Shown: positions 38,745 through 48,340 of the stretch, piece by piece
Layout: every line of letters begins with the position of its first letter
Position numbering within the stretch: the first letter of the stretch is position 1
Source of the DNA: an uncultured virus (IMG/VR IMGVR_UViG_3300009169_000002)
Lineage: Duplodnaviria > Heunggongvirae > Uroviricota > Caudoviricetes
Strand: one strand, 5' to 3'
Length of the DNA stretch: 64,000 nucleotides
IMG/VR virus record: IMGVR_UViG_3300009169_000002
Made by a program: the position numbers and the translations under genes
The notes under the pieces: generated by a model
What the model saw: only the letters and a program-made list of their open reading frames with translations
Told to the model about the DNA's origin: nothing
Databases searched by the model: none

Positions 38745-39724
38745 ATCCGCATTCCTACAAGCGCACCACGCAAGCGCTCCCCGTAGAACACGCTTGGGGC
38801 AGGGTACGTGCTGAAGTCGATGTGCGTTGCGACGTTGCGCAGTAGCATGAGCATTTCGATATTATAGATGCCTTCACACTCGAGGCCTGGTATCTCGAAG
38901 CGTGCGCCTTCATCCTCTTTTTCGCCGGGTGCAGTGCGTAGCGTACCACTTCCAATAAACACGCGCCCTGCCTTGTCTACGAACCGCTTCAGCTTTTCCA
39001 GCCCGTCGAATATGCGCTTGTCGATCGCGGTAGCGTTGTCGCTGTTGGCAAACAGCTTGCCGATGTCCGGCCACTCCAGACCGAGAAGCTGGCTGCGAAT
39101 CCAGCGCTTGTCGGTGTAGTGGAACGTCACCGAGTTTTCGGTGACTTGTGCATGCGTCGGAGGCTCGTTGATGCGCAGCATCTCCGCAACCGCTGCGCGA
39201 GGGATGTTAATCTCGACTGGCATGGTTGCTTCGGTCCAGTATTCGACCGCGACAACGTTGTTCGTTGCGAACACGCTTTGACCGCGCATCAGCACACCGT
39301 TGCACCACTGGCGCGAAGCGTCGTCGCCGATGAACGGCTGCACCACTTTCAGCGCACGGAGCACAGTCTCCCCGTCGAAGTCCACACGCTCACCCTCGGG
39401 TTGTACGTGCGGGGTTTCCTCGGCAATGCAGTCGACAAACGCTTTGAACTGACCGCAAGCAATGCGCAAGCGACCTGCTGGCGTCATTGCGAGTTGGATG
39501 GGGTAGTCGTGCCCGTTCTCGTCGGTGTCCGTGCATTGCGCGATCGCGTTGACCAGTGCGGCGGCCTTGGGTTTGCAGTCAATGTTGAAAGCAATCGGCG
39601 CGCACAGGGCGAGCGAACCGTTGTACGCTCGCACAGCACCGTCCTCGATAACGAAGTGCGTCATTGCAGGCATGAAGTCTTTCTTGGCGACTGCACCCTG
39701 TACGAACCGCAATTCCTTCAGCAT
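38741..39724 (-). CDS. beta-clamp-like processivity factor
   Basis: Next to polymerase; ends PSVFYGERLRGALVGMR. Confidence 0.75.
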   Translation of the reverse strand: MLKELRFVQGAVAKKDFMPAMTHFVIEDGAVRAYNGSLALCAPIAFNIDCKPKAAALVNAIAQCTDTDENGHDYPIQLAMTPAGRLRIACGQFKAFVDCIAEETPHVQPEGERVDFDGETVLRALKVVQPFIGDDASRQWCNGVLMRGQSVFATNNVVAVEYWTEATMPVEINIPRAAVAEMLRINEPPTHAQVTENSVTFHYTDKRWIRSQLLGLEWPDIGKLFANSDNATAIDKRIFDGLEKLKRFVDKAGRVFIGSGTLRTAPGEKEDEGARFEIPGLECEGIYNIEMLMLLRNVATHIDFSTYPAPSVFYGERLRGALVGMRM

Positions 39725-40659
39725 TAGAAAAGCTCCTGCACGCGCGCACGAAAGACTTCGCTGTGCGATGCGTTGATCATTGTGTTTATCACGCCGAATG
39801 CCCACAGGTTGTAAGCTGCCCGGGCCTCGTAGACAGTGCTCAGCCGTTCATACGTGAAGCCTTGCTTCTCAAGCATGCGGAACAGGTATTCAGTCTCGAG
39901 CGGCGTCAGTGTGGTTATGTGCTGTCCGGCGTCGTGCCTGCTTGGGCTTGAGCTCGACACCTTGATGGGTCCGTGCTCTGGTGTCATGACGCTACCGAAC
40001 GCAGCAGCTTGAATCCACGACGACGAGTCGCACGAATACCACGGGTAAGCTTCCATGAGCGGCACGGACGTCATACCGAACCCGTGTACCTTGACGCGCG
40101 CACGACCGCTGCCGTCCGTTAGATACTTCTCCCATATACGGTCGAGCCACACTTCCAGCTGAGCAGCGCTTGTGCCGACCATGCCACCGAGTGTGATGTA
40201 GTCGTAGTTCGCGACGTAGTATTCGAGCGCAGCTTCGGGTTCACCCTTGTGGAAGCAAGGCAGAGGGCGCACGCCACGCTCCTCCATCTCGAGTTGGTTG
40301 CGGTACGTTCCCTCCGCGGACGCTGCGTTGCCACCGATGCTGTCCAGCACCGACGCCATAAGCGCACCGTCCTCAACGCGCAGGATGTCCATGTTGCGCT
40401 TGATATACTCGCAGTAATCATACACGGTGAGCTTGACGCCCAACGTCCACGCAGAGAACGCGCCGGAGTCCAGAAAGATTTGCGCCTGCTCGCGGCGCAT
40501 GTCGTCAACGTACTTCTGCTTCCCGACGTAGTGCCATGATTCAAGGAGGTGCGGCAACTCGTGGACGATGTTTTTCTCGTGGTCGTTCAGCTTCTCGTAA
40601 CGGCTACCCTGCCCTCGCATGTAACCGTTCGAGTAAACCGCAGCGGTGTAGATGTGCAT
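39724..40659 (-). CDS. dpdA: DpdA-like (TGT-fold) 7-deazaguanine DNA transglycosylase
   Basis: FLDSGAFS, PCFH.GE, LGGMV, VHGFG, SCDSSSW; follows folE-queD-queC-queE. Confidence 0.8.
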   Translation of the reverse strand: MHIYTAAVYSNGYMRGQGSRYEKLNDHEKNIVHELPHLLESWHYVGKQKYVDDMRREQAQIFLDSGAFSAWTLGVKLTVYDYCEYIKRNMDILRVEDGALMASVLDSIGGNAASAEGTYRNQLEMEERGVRPLPCFHKGEPEAALEYYVANYDYITLGGMVGTSAAQLEVWLDRIWEKYLTDGSGRARVKVHGFGMTSVPLMEAYPWYSCDSSSWIQAAAFGSVMTPEHGPIKVSSSSPSRHDAGQHITTLTPLETEYLFRMLEKQGFTYERLSTVYEARAAYNLWAFGVINTMINASHSEVFRARVQELF

Positions 40660-40681
40660 CAGCGGCCTCCCTGCTGCTAGT

Positions 40682-41578
40682 TTACACCAAGCGCAGGAAC
40701 TCCGCACGAGCACTTGCGTCCGTCTTAATGACGCCGCGGACCGCTGTGGTTATCGTGTGGTGCCCCTGTTGGCACACGCCACGCGACTCCATGCACAGGT
40801 GACGCGCCTTCATGATGACACCGACACCGAGCGGGTTCAGGTGCTCATGCAGCGCGTCTGCGATCTGGTCCGTCATGCGCTCCTGCACTTGCAAGCGACG
40901 TGCGAACACGTCCGCAAGGCGCGAGAGCTTGCTGAGCCCGACAATCTTACCGTTCGGGATGTAGCTGATGGTGACCGTGCCGAAAATGGGTGCGAGGTGG
41001 TGCTCGCAGTGCGAGTAGACCGGGATGTCCTTCACGGTGATCATCTGGTCGTGCTTCTCCGCACCGTCCTCGAATACCTTGAGGATGGTAGCAGGGTCGA
41101 CGCTGTACCCGCTGCACCAATGCTTCCAGGCTTTCGCCACTCGCGTCGGTGTTTCGTGCAAGCCACCGCGCGTCGGATCTTCGCCGACAAACTGGAGGAG
41201 CCTGACCACATTGTCCTCGAAGGAACTGAACTCGTTGCCCTCCCACGGGAACACGATCCAACGCTTGTGGAACTGCCCGGGCTTGCGCTTGTCGAGCAGA
41301 GCGTGGAAGGGTACGTGCGGGTATTCCTTGGTCCACTTCCGTTCGGTGGAGCCGCTGTCAATCAAGTCATCGATGATGACTTGCGCTTGCGCGGGATCGT
41401 CCACCATTTGCAGTTCGCAGTATTGCCCAACCGCAAGCGCTGCGGAGATGCCACCGCGCGGCACACCGAAAGCACGGAGTGAGGTGTAACCAGACTCATC
41501 CATCTGGTCCACGAGCTTGTGAGCAAGCGCAAATGCAAGCTCGCTCAGCGTCTGCTGAGTAATGTGTAACTTCGACAC
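40682..41578 (-). CDS. folE: type I phosphoribosyltransferase fused to GTP cyclohydrolase I
   Basis: N-terminal GVPRGG, VIIDDLIDSGST, WIVFPWE; C-terminal ETPTRV, SHCEHHL, GLSKLSR, RLQVQERMT, HLCMESRG. Confidence 0.92.
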   Translation of the reverse strand: MSKLHITQQTLSELAFALAHKLVDQMDESGYTSLRAFGVPRGGISAALAVGQYCELQMVDDPAQAQVIIDDLIDSGSTERKWTKEYPHVPFHALLDKRKPGQFHKRWIVFPWEGNEFSSFEDNVVRLLQFVGEDPTRGGLHETPTRVAKAWKHWCSGYSVDPATILKVFEDGAEKHDQMITVKDIPVYSHCEHHLAPIFGTVTISYIPNGKIVGLSKLSRLADVFARRLQVQERMTDQIADALHEHLNPLGVGVIMKARHLCMESRGVCQQGHHTITTAVRGVIKTDASARAEFLRLV

Positions 41579-41581
41579 GGG

Positions 41582-42016
41582 TCACCTCGAGTACGATGCG
41601 GAGCACTTGCGCGTCTCTTCGATCACGCAAGAAATAAGACGGATGCCTGTACCTTGGAGTTGACCCGGGCCAACGACGTTGACCAGATACTCCGCCATGT
41701 TTTCGGCAGTGGGGTTGAACGGTACGCCGACAACACCCGCTGCGTCAATTTTCATGAGCCCGTGGAGCATAGGGTCATGCATCCAGATGAGCATCTTGTG
41801 GTCCCACTCGTGCTCGACCCACATGCAGAGCAGTTCCTTGATCGCAGTGAAATCGATAACGCGACCGATGTTGTCGAGCGCGTTACTGCCCGGGACCGCT
41901 TCGCATACGAAGTGGATGCGGTAGTTATGTCCGTGCAGGTGAGCACACTTGCTCTCGTGACCGTGGACACGGTGACCGCAGCTGATGTCGTGATACCGTT
42001 GTGCGCGGTGAGCCAT
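41582..42016 (-). CDS. queD: 6-carboxytetrahydropterin synthase
   Basis: CGHR..KCAHLHGHNY; IDF; DH; NPTAEN; EET. Confidence 0.93.
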   Translation of the reverse strand: MAHRAQRYHDISCGHRVHGHESKCAHLHGHNYRIHFVCEAVPGSNALDNIGRVIDFTAIKELLCMWVEHEWDHKMLIWMHDPMLHGLMKIDAAGVVGVPFNPTAENMAEYLVNVVGPGQLQGTGIRLISCVIEETRKCSASYSR

Positions 42017-42768
42017 TACACGGCGCTCCGGACTTTGTCGTAATTCTTGGTCTTGGGCAGGCCCATGAGCCCTTCACTCACCGCACGTATAACAAGCGGG
42101 TCTGGCTCGCCAGCATCCAAGAAGCCTTGCGCGCGGAGCACGTTTGCGTGATTCTTGTCGGTCGGCGGATACTTGCCGTCATAGCTCGTGTGGCTGTACG
42201 CCAGCGCCTCCCAACAGCCCGGAAGGGTTTTGGCCAGCTTCACCGTGTCCGCCTTGCTCTTGTACATGAGCGGGGCGCGGAGGTGCAGCTCGTAGTTCCC
42301 GAGCGACAGGGTGAATGCTTCCTCTATCGCACGCCGGTATTCCTCGGTGCAATCCGGATAATTCGCATTGTCTTCCTGACAGATACCTGTTACGAGGTCG
42401 TGGCATTCAAGCGCGACCGCACGGTTGGCAGCAATGGTGAAGAACAACGTATTGCGCATCGGCACGAACGTGAGCTCGACACGGTTGCCGATAACCTTGT
42501 CCATCTGCTGGAACGTGTCGTATCGCTCGAGGTCGTTGCTGCTCGTCAGCGGGGACGTGCTGCGCAGGCAGTCCGGGACACGAACAACCTCGTGAGTCAG
42601 CACGCCTGCCATCGCAGCGACTTTACGCGCGGCGTCCAACTCTAGCACATGACGCTGACCATAGTCAAACGTAATGGCGTGCAGGTTGGGAGTCAGGTTG
42701 TGCTTAGCCCAGAACAAGCACGTTGTCGAGTCCTGTCCGCCTGACAGAACCACTAGAGCTTTTTTCAT
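42016..42768 (-). CDS. queC: 7-cyano-7-deazaguanine synthase lacking C-terminal Zn cysteines
   Basis: SGGQDSTTC, FDYGQRH..EL, FVPMRN, YPDC, PLMYKSK. Confidence 0.92.
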   Translation of the reverse strand: MKKALVVLSGGQDSTTCLFWAKHNLTPNLHAITFDYGQRHVLELDAARKVAAMAGVLTHEVVRVPDCLRSTSPLTSSNDLERYDTFQQMDKVIGNRVELTFVPMRNTLFFTIAANRAVALECHDLVTGICQEDNANYPDCTEEYRRAIEEAFTLSLGNYELHLRAPLMYKSKADTVKLAKTLPGCWEALAYSHTSYDGKYPPTDKNHANVLRAQGFLDAGEPDPLVIRAVSEGLMGLPKTKNYDKVRSAV

Positions 42769-43490
42769 TACAGCACCCCGAGAAGCTTGTGAAGTTGGAT
42801 TTGAAGAATGTATCCGTGCTCCATACACGAATCCATGCATGCGCGCAAGTGCCTTGCATTGTCTTCCACGTTCTGCTCGTCCATCGGTTGCAGGTACACG
42901 GGACGACGAAAAGCAACGGGCGGACGCGCTACACGAGGCGCCGCACTGTGGTCAAGAGCCAGCACGGGCAACCCGTCGCGCGGGTCTACGCTGTCCGCGC
43001 TCATGACGTACTTGTAACAGCACGCGGCGTCTATGGTCGCGGGGTGGACTGCCCCGGTCTTGGGGCTACATACCACAAACGCACCCCGACGGCTCGAAGT
43101 ATTCGTGTGGATGTACTGCATCGCGTTGATGGGCGGGGGAAGCGTGCCGTTCGTCTCAATCTGGACATAGTACGCTTCAGCGCACAGAGCACCGATTAGC
43201 GCGCCGATGTCCTGCCGGAAGGGTTCGCCCCCGGTTATGACCACAAGTCCCGGTACACGGTTCGACGCGAGCTTTACGAGGTTGACAACGTGCTCCACTG
43301 TGCAGTCGGTTCGACCGGACGTGTAGTCGGTGTCACAGGCCGGGCATTGCAGGTTGCACCCGGCAAGACGGATAAATACAGCGGGGGTTCCGCAGAACGG
43401 GCCTTCGCCCTGAATGGTGTCAAATACTGAGTAGACGGAGAGGTGCGATTGGTGTACACGCTTCTCCGGTGCTTGCTGATTCAGCTGCAT
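42768..43490 (-). CDS. queE: 7-carboxy-7-deazaguanine synthase (radical SAM)
   Basis: TIQGEG, GCNLQCPACDT, TGGEP, IETNG, SPK, QLHK. Confidence 0.95.
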   Translation of the reverse strand: MQLNQQAPEKRVHQSHLSVYSVFDTIQGEGPFCGTPAVFIRLAGCNLQCPACDTDYTSGRTDCTVEHVVNLVKLASNRVPGLVVITGGEPFRQDIGALIGALCAEAYYVQIETNGTLPPPINAMQYIHTNTSSRRGAFVVCSPKTGAVHPATIDAACCYKYVMSADSVDPRDGLPVLALDHSAAPRVARPPVAFRRPVYLQPMDEQNVEDNARHLRACMDSCMEHGYILQIQLHKLLGVL

Positions 43491-43510
43491 CTAGACTCCC
43501 TGCATCGAAG

Positions 43511-43540
43511 AAAAACAGGGGGCGCCGAAGCGCCCCCTGT
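43511..43540 (-). terminator. intrinsic terminator
   Basis: ACAGGGGGCGC-TTCG-GCGCCCCCTGT then T-tract. Confidence 0.8.
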
Positions 43541-43567
43541 ACTGCCGCGCATTGTAGCGCGAAGCGC

Positions 43568-44002
43568 TTACGCTGCGCTCGCGGTTGCCGGCTTCTCCGA
43601 ACGGCCCGTGACGCCGTTGAACTTCCGCCACTTGGCGTACTGCGTCCGCACGGTCGCTTCCGCCATGCCCGGGGCGCGCTTGATCGCGTCACCGATGACG
43701 GCAGGGGCGCCCGTCTCGCGGCTCAGGGCATCGAAGATGTCCCAGGCGTTGCCGGTCGTGGTGCCAGCCTTCGGGCGCGTCACGCCGTTCTGGGACGGCT
43801 GCTTCGCGCTTTCCTTCGCAGCTTCCTTGGCGGCCTTCGCGTCAGCCTTGGCCTGGACCTTCGCGTCGGCCTTCGCCTTGCGCTCCGCGTCCTTGGCTTC
43901 CTTCGCGGCAGCCTTCTCGGCAGCCTTCGCAGCCGCAGCCGCAGCCTTCGCGGCAGCTTTCTCTTCCGCCGTCGGTTCGGCGGCCTTGGTCTCTTCGGTC
44001 AT
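43568..44002 (-). CDS. Ala/Lys-rich putative DNA-binding protein (paralog 2)
   Basis: AK-rich N-terminus; QNGVTRPK.G..WDIFD..TVRTQYAKWRKFNG. Confidence 0.8.
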   Translation of the reverse strand: MTEETKAAEPTAEEKAAAKAAAAAAKAAEKAAAKEAKDAERKAKADAKVQAKADAKAAKEAAKESAKQPSQNGVTRPKAGTTTGNAWDIFDALSRETGAPAVIGDAIKRAPGMAEATVRTQYAKWRKFNGVTGRSEKPATASAA

Positions 44003-44092
44003 TTCGTCTCTCCTCGGTTAAAAAATCTGGATCACTAACCCATCATTCGGGCTCTGGAGCATACTAGCCTGTCCTCTGCGTGTCCGCAATCC

Positions 44093-44824
44093 CTAGGACA
44101 AACTATTTGCCTTGCGCCACGCTGCACCCTGCACGCTCACCGTGTTGGGGTTCCATCCGTGCTGTACCGCGAGCTCTTTAATCCGGGCTCGGGACGGTGC
44201 GGCACCGTTGTTGATTGTTCGCTCCGCGTCGAGGGTTGCCCAGATTTGCTGGCATACCCCACTTTTCGGACGTGCTGCTGTCGCTGCCCTGCGCGGTGCG
44301 TGCGCTGCGCTGCGCTTGGGTGCGGCTTCGGTAGCGGCTGCGGCGGCTGCGTGCTGTTGCCCACGCTGTAGCGAGCGCGCAGTGTGCTTCTGCACCGTTG
44401 CCGCAACCTCGGCAGCAGTGGGGGCAGGTAGCGGGTCGCTGAACAGCGTCACCTCCTGCCACTTGGGAACGGACGACCCGGCAACGTACGAGTATCCAGG
44501 CTTCCCGTCGGCGCTCTTGCGCTCGAGCCACTCCGCTTGTGCTTCCGCTTCAGCGGGGTCCGCAGCGCTGACCGGGAACCGTTCAGTGAGGTCCGCCAGC
44601 ACCATGCGCAGCGAGTGGCTGATTGCGGGGACGTGGTCCGCGTGCGTGGCGTGCTTGTACAGCAGCGCGAGCTCTTGGTCCGTGAAGTCCTTGAACAGCC
44701 CTGGATCATCCGTCAGACCGAGCGTGGTCTGCTTGTGCGCGATGAAGTCCAAGTTCGCAACACACCGATAGTCGGCATGCTTGTGAAGGAACTGCATCTT
44801 GTCCATGTCGATTGAAATGTACAT
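44093..44824 (-). CDS. protein with the same C-terminal domain (paralog 3)
   Basis: RPKSGVCQQIWATLD..APS..WNPNTVSVQ..WRK. Confidence 0.75.
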   Translation of the reverse strand: MYISIDMDKMQFLHKHADYRCVANLDFIAHKQTTLGLTDDPGLFKDFTDQELALLYKHATHADHVPAISHSLRMVLADLTERFPVSAADPAEAEAQAEWLERKSADGKPGYSYVAGSSVPKWQEVTLFSDPLPAPTAAEVAATVQKHTARSLQRGQQHAAAAAATEAAPKRSAAHAPRRAATAARPKSGVCQQIWATLDAERTINNGAAPSRARIKELAVQHGWNPNTVSVQGAAWRKANSLS

Positions 44825-44895
44825 GGCGGAACTTTAGCCCATGGTTCGTTTAGAAGCAAGAGGGAGGGGAGGGTATTTCTACCCTCCCCGGCAGG

Positions 44896-45378
44896 TCACT
44901 CCGCACCTTCCTCGTCGGCTTCCGGGGCGGCGACGACCACACCGTTGAACTGCTTCCAGCGCTGATACTGCGTGTAAGCCGTGTTCCGCTGCCAGCTGTT
45001 GGCGCGCATGAGGTCGCGGACCACTTCGAACGTCGGGACCGACTTGCTGCTGACCCGGACCGCATCGAGCGCGTCCCAGATTTCGCGGCAGATCGAACCG
45101 AGCGACGGCTTGGTGACGCCGTTCTGCTTGGGGCGACCCTTTTCGATCTTGAGCGACTTCTGCACCACCACTTCGCCGGCCGTCTTGGCGCGGATGCTGT
45201 GGGTCGGCTTCGGCTGCGGGGCCGGTGCGGGCTCCGACTTGACTGCGGGGGTCTGCACCACTTCGAGGGCGGCCAGCGCAGCGCGCATGCCGTCGTTGTT
45301 GAGGTTGCCGTACTTGACGCCAGCGGCCTTGCAGGCAGCGCGGAGTTCGACCTTACCCATTTCGTTGAAGTTCGTCAT
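44896..45378 (-). CDS. HEH/Rho-N-like domain plus the same C-terminal domain (paralog 4)
   Basis: EMGKVELRAACKAAGVKYGNL; QNGVTKP..ICREIWDALD..NTAYTQYQRWKQFNG; promoter TTGACG-N17-TAGTAT. Confidence 0.75.
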   Translation of the reverse strand: MTNFNEMGKVELRAACKAAGVKYGNLNNDGMRAALAALEVVQTPAVKSEPAPAPQPKPTHSIRAKTAGEVVVQKSLKIEKGRPKQNGVTKPSLGSICREIWDALDAVRVSSKSVPTFEVVRDLMRANSWQRNTAYTQYQRWKQFNGVVVAAPEADEEGAE

Positions 45379-45527
45379 GTTCCTAATCTCCTGTTTCTGC
45401 GTTGGTGGACCGCAATGCGCTGTCCATGTGTGAATACTAGACGCCTCCCGATCCTGCGTCAACACCTTTTTCAACTATTTTAGGCGGATTGAGCTAAGTG
45501 GCTGATTTTATTCAGATTATAGTTGGT

Positions 45528-47294
45528 TCAGAAGGGGATATCGTCGTCGTAAAAGTTCCCTTCCGTGGGTGTTTTGGCGCCCGGACGGGGTGCTCGCACC
45601 TCAATTGTCGGGGGTTCCATGCTGTCGGAAGCTTCCTGCACCCCAAAAGCGCTCCCATCAAAGCACTGACCGAGGATTTCTGGGTATTTCTTATTGACCC
45701 AGACCCTCAAATGTGTTGGGGCTTTGAGCATTCCTGATAACTCGATGCCAGCGTTGGTCGACAGCGGAGGCAAGCTTTCACTTCGCTCACGCCACCAGAT
45801 GCGCGCCTTGCGACCTGCATACCCGCTGTGCTCGAAGCAAACGAATTCATTGAAGTGTTGCAGACCGCAATAGTACGTCACGCGCATGGACGGAGGTGCG
45901 CCGAGCTTGGTGTGGAGGCTGAAGGTAATGTGGTCAACCTTGAAGACGTCGACCTGCGGCATCTCTCCGGTGATTAGTTCTTCGCTGCTCGCACCTTGCT
46001 TCAGCTTCGTGCTAATGGGGAACTCGTAACCACAGCCTGCGCAGATGCGAGCGCTCGCGTGATTGTACGTGCCGCAGCAGTCACAAATCTTAATGGGCGC
46101 ATCGCCCGTCTTTTCGCCGCGTCGCTTGGGGATGACGGGGTCGTTGATTGGTCCGAGCCTGCGAGTGTTCCCCGCGTAGTCGAGCACCATGCAATTCCGC
46201 TTGCCGCCTAGGCGGATTGCTTCCATGCGCTCGTCATAGTCGGAGATGTTGAAGCCTGGTGCATACAGCGGACGTGTACCGCGCCCGAGCATCTGCACCC
46301 ACAGCGGGGTCGACGTAGTGGGACGCAGCATGAGGATGAGGTCGATGCCCGGGAAGTCGATGCCAGTGGTCAGGATGTTATTGCTGACCGCGCATTGGAA
46401 GCGACCGTTCTTCCAGTCCTGAATCGCGCGATCGCGTCCGTCCATTTTATTGTGGATAGCGATAGCGCTGACACCGAGCGAGTTCAAGATATCTGCGGTG
46501 TGCATCGCGTGCTCGACGCCTGCACAGAAGCCAAGCCAGTGGTGTCGCTCCCCTGCTGAGGCTTCAATTGCTTCCCTGCATGCGCGCTCCGTTAGCTCGT
46601 CGCGGTCAACTGCGTTCTGCAATTCAGCAGGAATGAAGTCACCGCCGCGGATGTGTACACCGTCAACGTCCAGGATTGTTTGCGTGCGCCTGGGGATAAG
46701 CGGACACAGGTAACCTTCATGAATGAGGCGGTTGAACGCTTCCATGTGTGTAATGTCGAAGCAAAAGTCCGTGAACAGCCCACCCTCCGTGAGCTTGCCG
46801 AGCCCCATGCGCCACGGGGTTGCAGTGAACCCTATTACCTTGAGGTGTGGGTTCACCGAACGCAGGTCGTCTAGGAACGTGCGGTACATGGTGTCATCGC
46901 TTGGGCTGACGAGGTGTGCTTCATCGATAAGCACAAGGTCCACATGCCCGAACTGCGGTGCGTACTTCGCCACCGACCCGATGCCTGCGAAGATGATAGG
47001 ATTCACCGTGTCGCGCTGCCGGAGTCCCGCGCTGTTCACGCCAGCGGGTGCGTGCGGCCACAGGTGTATGAGCTTCGCGTAGTTCTGCTGAATAAGTTCC
47101 TTGACGTGCGTGAGGCACAGGATTTTCTGTCGCGGGTATTGCTTGAATACCGTCTCTAGGAACAGCGCAATGACAACAGACTTGCCCGTACCAGTGGGCA
47201 TCGCGATAAGAGGGTTGCCCGTCTTACCGGATGCGAAGTAGCTGAATACGGATTCGCTTGCTTCAACTTGGTATTGGTGCGGGACTAGACGCAT
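45528..47294 (-). CDS. superfamily II helicase with C-terminal Zn finger (RadD-like)
   Basis: PTGTGKS, IDEAH, TATP, QMLGRG.R, CDCC..CAGC. Confidence 0.92.
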   Translation of the reverse strand: MRLVPHQYQVEASESVFSYFASGKTGNPLIAMPTGTGKSVVIALFLETVFKQYPRQKILCLTHVKELIQQNYAKLIHLWPHAPAGVNSAGLRQRDTVNPIIFAGIGSVAKYAPQFGHVDLVLIDEAHLVSPSDDTMYRTFLDDLRSVNPHLKVIGFTATPWRMGLGKLTEGGLFTDFCFDITHMEAFNRLIHEGYLCPLIPRRTQTILDVDGVHIRGGDFIPAELQNAVDRDELTERACREAIEASAGERHHWLGFCAGVEHAMHTADILNSLGVSAIAIHNKMDGRDRAIQDWKNGRFQCAVSNNILTTGIDFPGIDLILMLRPTTSTPLWVQMLGRGTRPLYAPGFNISDYDERMEAIRLGGKRNCMVLDYAGNTRRLGPINDPVIPKRRGEKTGDAPIKICDCCGTYNHASARICAGCGYEFPISTKLKQGASSEELITGEMPQVDVFKVDHITFSLHTKLGAPPSMRVTYYCGLQHFNEFVCFEHSGYAGRKARIWWRERSESLPPLSTNAGIELSGMLKAPTHLRVWVNKKYPEILGQCFDGSAFGVQEASDSMEPPTIEVRAPRPGAKTPTEGNFYDDDIPF

Positions 47295-48274
47295 CAGATC
47301 CCCGGCTTGGTTGCGTAGTGCTCGCAGCCCGTCAGCTGCGTCGCTTTGTCCAACTCGATCTCACGCAAGCTGCAATGCCACTTGGCGCCCGGAACGCCCA
47401 ACACAGGTCGGCTGAACGCGCACGTTCGGCAGTTGACTTCGGGTTGCTTGTTGAGGTGGCAGACTGGCATGTGGTCACAGAACTTGCACTTCCAAAAGCC
47501 GGGCGACTCGCTGAGTCGCTTCGGGGGTTGGTCGAGCGCGATGAGTTGCGCACCCCTGTCAAGAAACTGGTCAGCGAAGCGCGTGTCAAGCGGCACGAGC
47601 TCACAGTATATATCGTCCGTGTTCTTATTCACAGCGACGTACAAGCAAACCGCAAGACCCATCTTGCGCATGTACACTTGCATCTGGACGTAGTGGTCGG
47701 GCTTCGCTTCCTTGACGCCTTCACCGTCGAACTGCACGTTGGCTGACTTGAAGCCGAACTTATAGTCTAGATGCTTGCGCCAACTTTCGCCGGCAAGCTT
47801 GGTGAATGACTTTTCGTTGTGCGTCTTGAACTCACCGAGCACGGGTGTCCCGGGCTGCACGTCAGGCAAGCGCATGACCACACCGTCGCCGCTGCCACCC
47901 ATGTGACCGTCCGCGTGCGTGATGCGGAACTGTTTACCGTGTTCGTCCTGCTGATACATTTCGCAGCCCATCGTCAGGAGCAGCGCAATGAAGCGTCCCT
48001 CCTCGATGTGACCGCGATTAAACAAACGCAGCATCTGTCCGCTGAAACTGGACTGCGTAGTCCAGCGGAAGTCATACCAGATAGCGCGAGCACAGTCCTT
48101 GCCGACAATGCTTGCGCCTAGATGCGTGCGAAAGCCTTCCTCATCGCTGCGGTATGCGTCGCTGATGTGCGGCAGCACCTCACGCAGCTTCGCGCGGTAA
48201 GCATTGCCTTGATCAACGCGGATGCAGCGGTCCATCTCGCGTAGCGTTTCGTATGGGAGAATAACGGAGGCCAT
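47294..48274 (-). CDS. Cas4-like PD-(D/E)XK exonuclease
   Basis: LGAS..C.RAIWY; RGH.EE; DG; EFKT; QMQVYM; CKFC..C. Confidence 0.85.
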   Translation of the reverse strand: MASVILPYETLREMDRCIRVDQGNAYRAKLREVLPHISDAYRSDEEGFRTHLGASIVGKDCARAIWYDFRWTTQSSFSGQMLRLFNRGHIEEGRFIALLLTMGCEMYQQDEHGKQFRITHADGHMGGSGDGVVMRLPDVQPGTPVLGEFKTHNEKSFTKLAGESWRKHLDYKFGFKSANVQFDGEGVKEAKPDHYVQMQVYMRKMGLAVCLYVAVNKNTDDIYCELVPLDTRFADQFLDRGAQLIALDQPPKRLSESPGFWKCKFCDHMPVCHLNKQPEVNCRTCAFSRPVLGVPGAKWHCSLREIELDKATQLTGCEHYATKPGI

Positions 48275-48287
48275 GCTTACTCCAGAT

Positions 48288-48320
48288 AAAAAGGGGCACG
48301 CTGTTTAGGCGTGCCCCTGT
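48288..48320 (-). terminator. intrinsic terminator
   Basis: AGGGGCACGC/GCGTGCCCCT then T-tract on minus strand. Confidence 0.75.
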
Positions 48321-48340
48321 CGACCGCAACGCTCAGTCAG

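Noticed and set aside
47294..48274. CRISPR-associated Cas4
   Set aside because: Context (SSB, Sak4, helicase) fits a stand-alone phage recombination exonuclease
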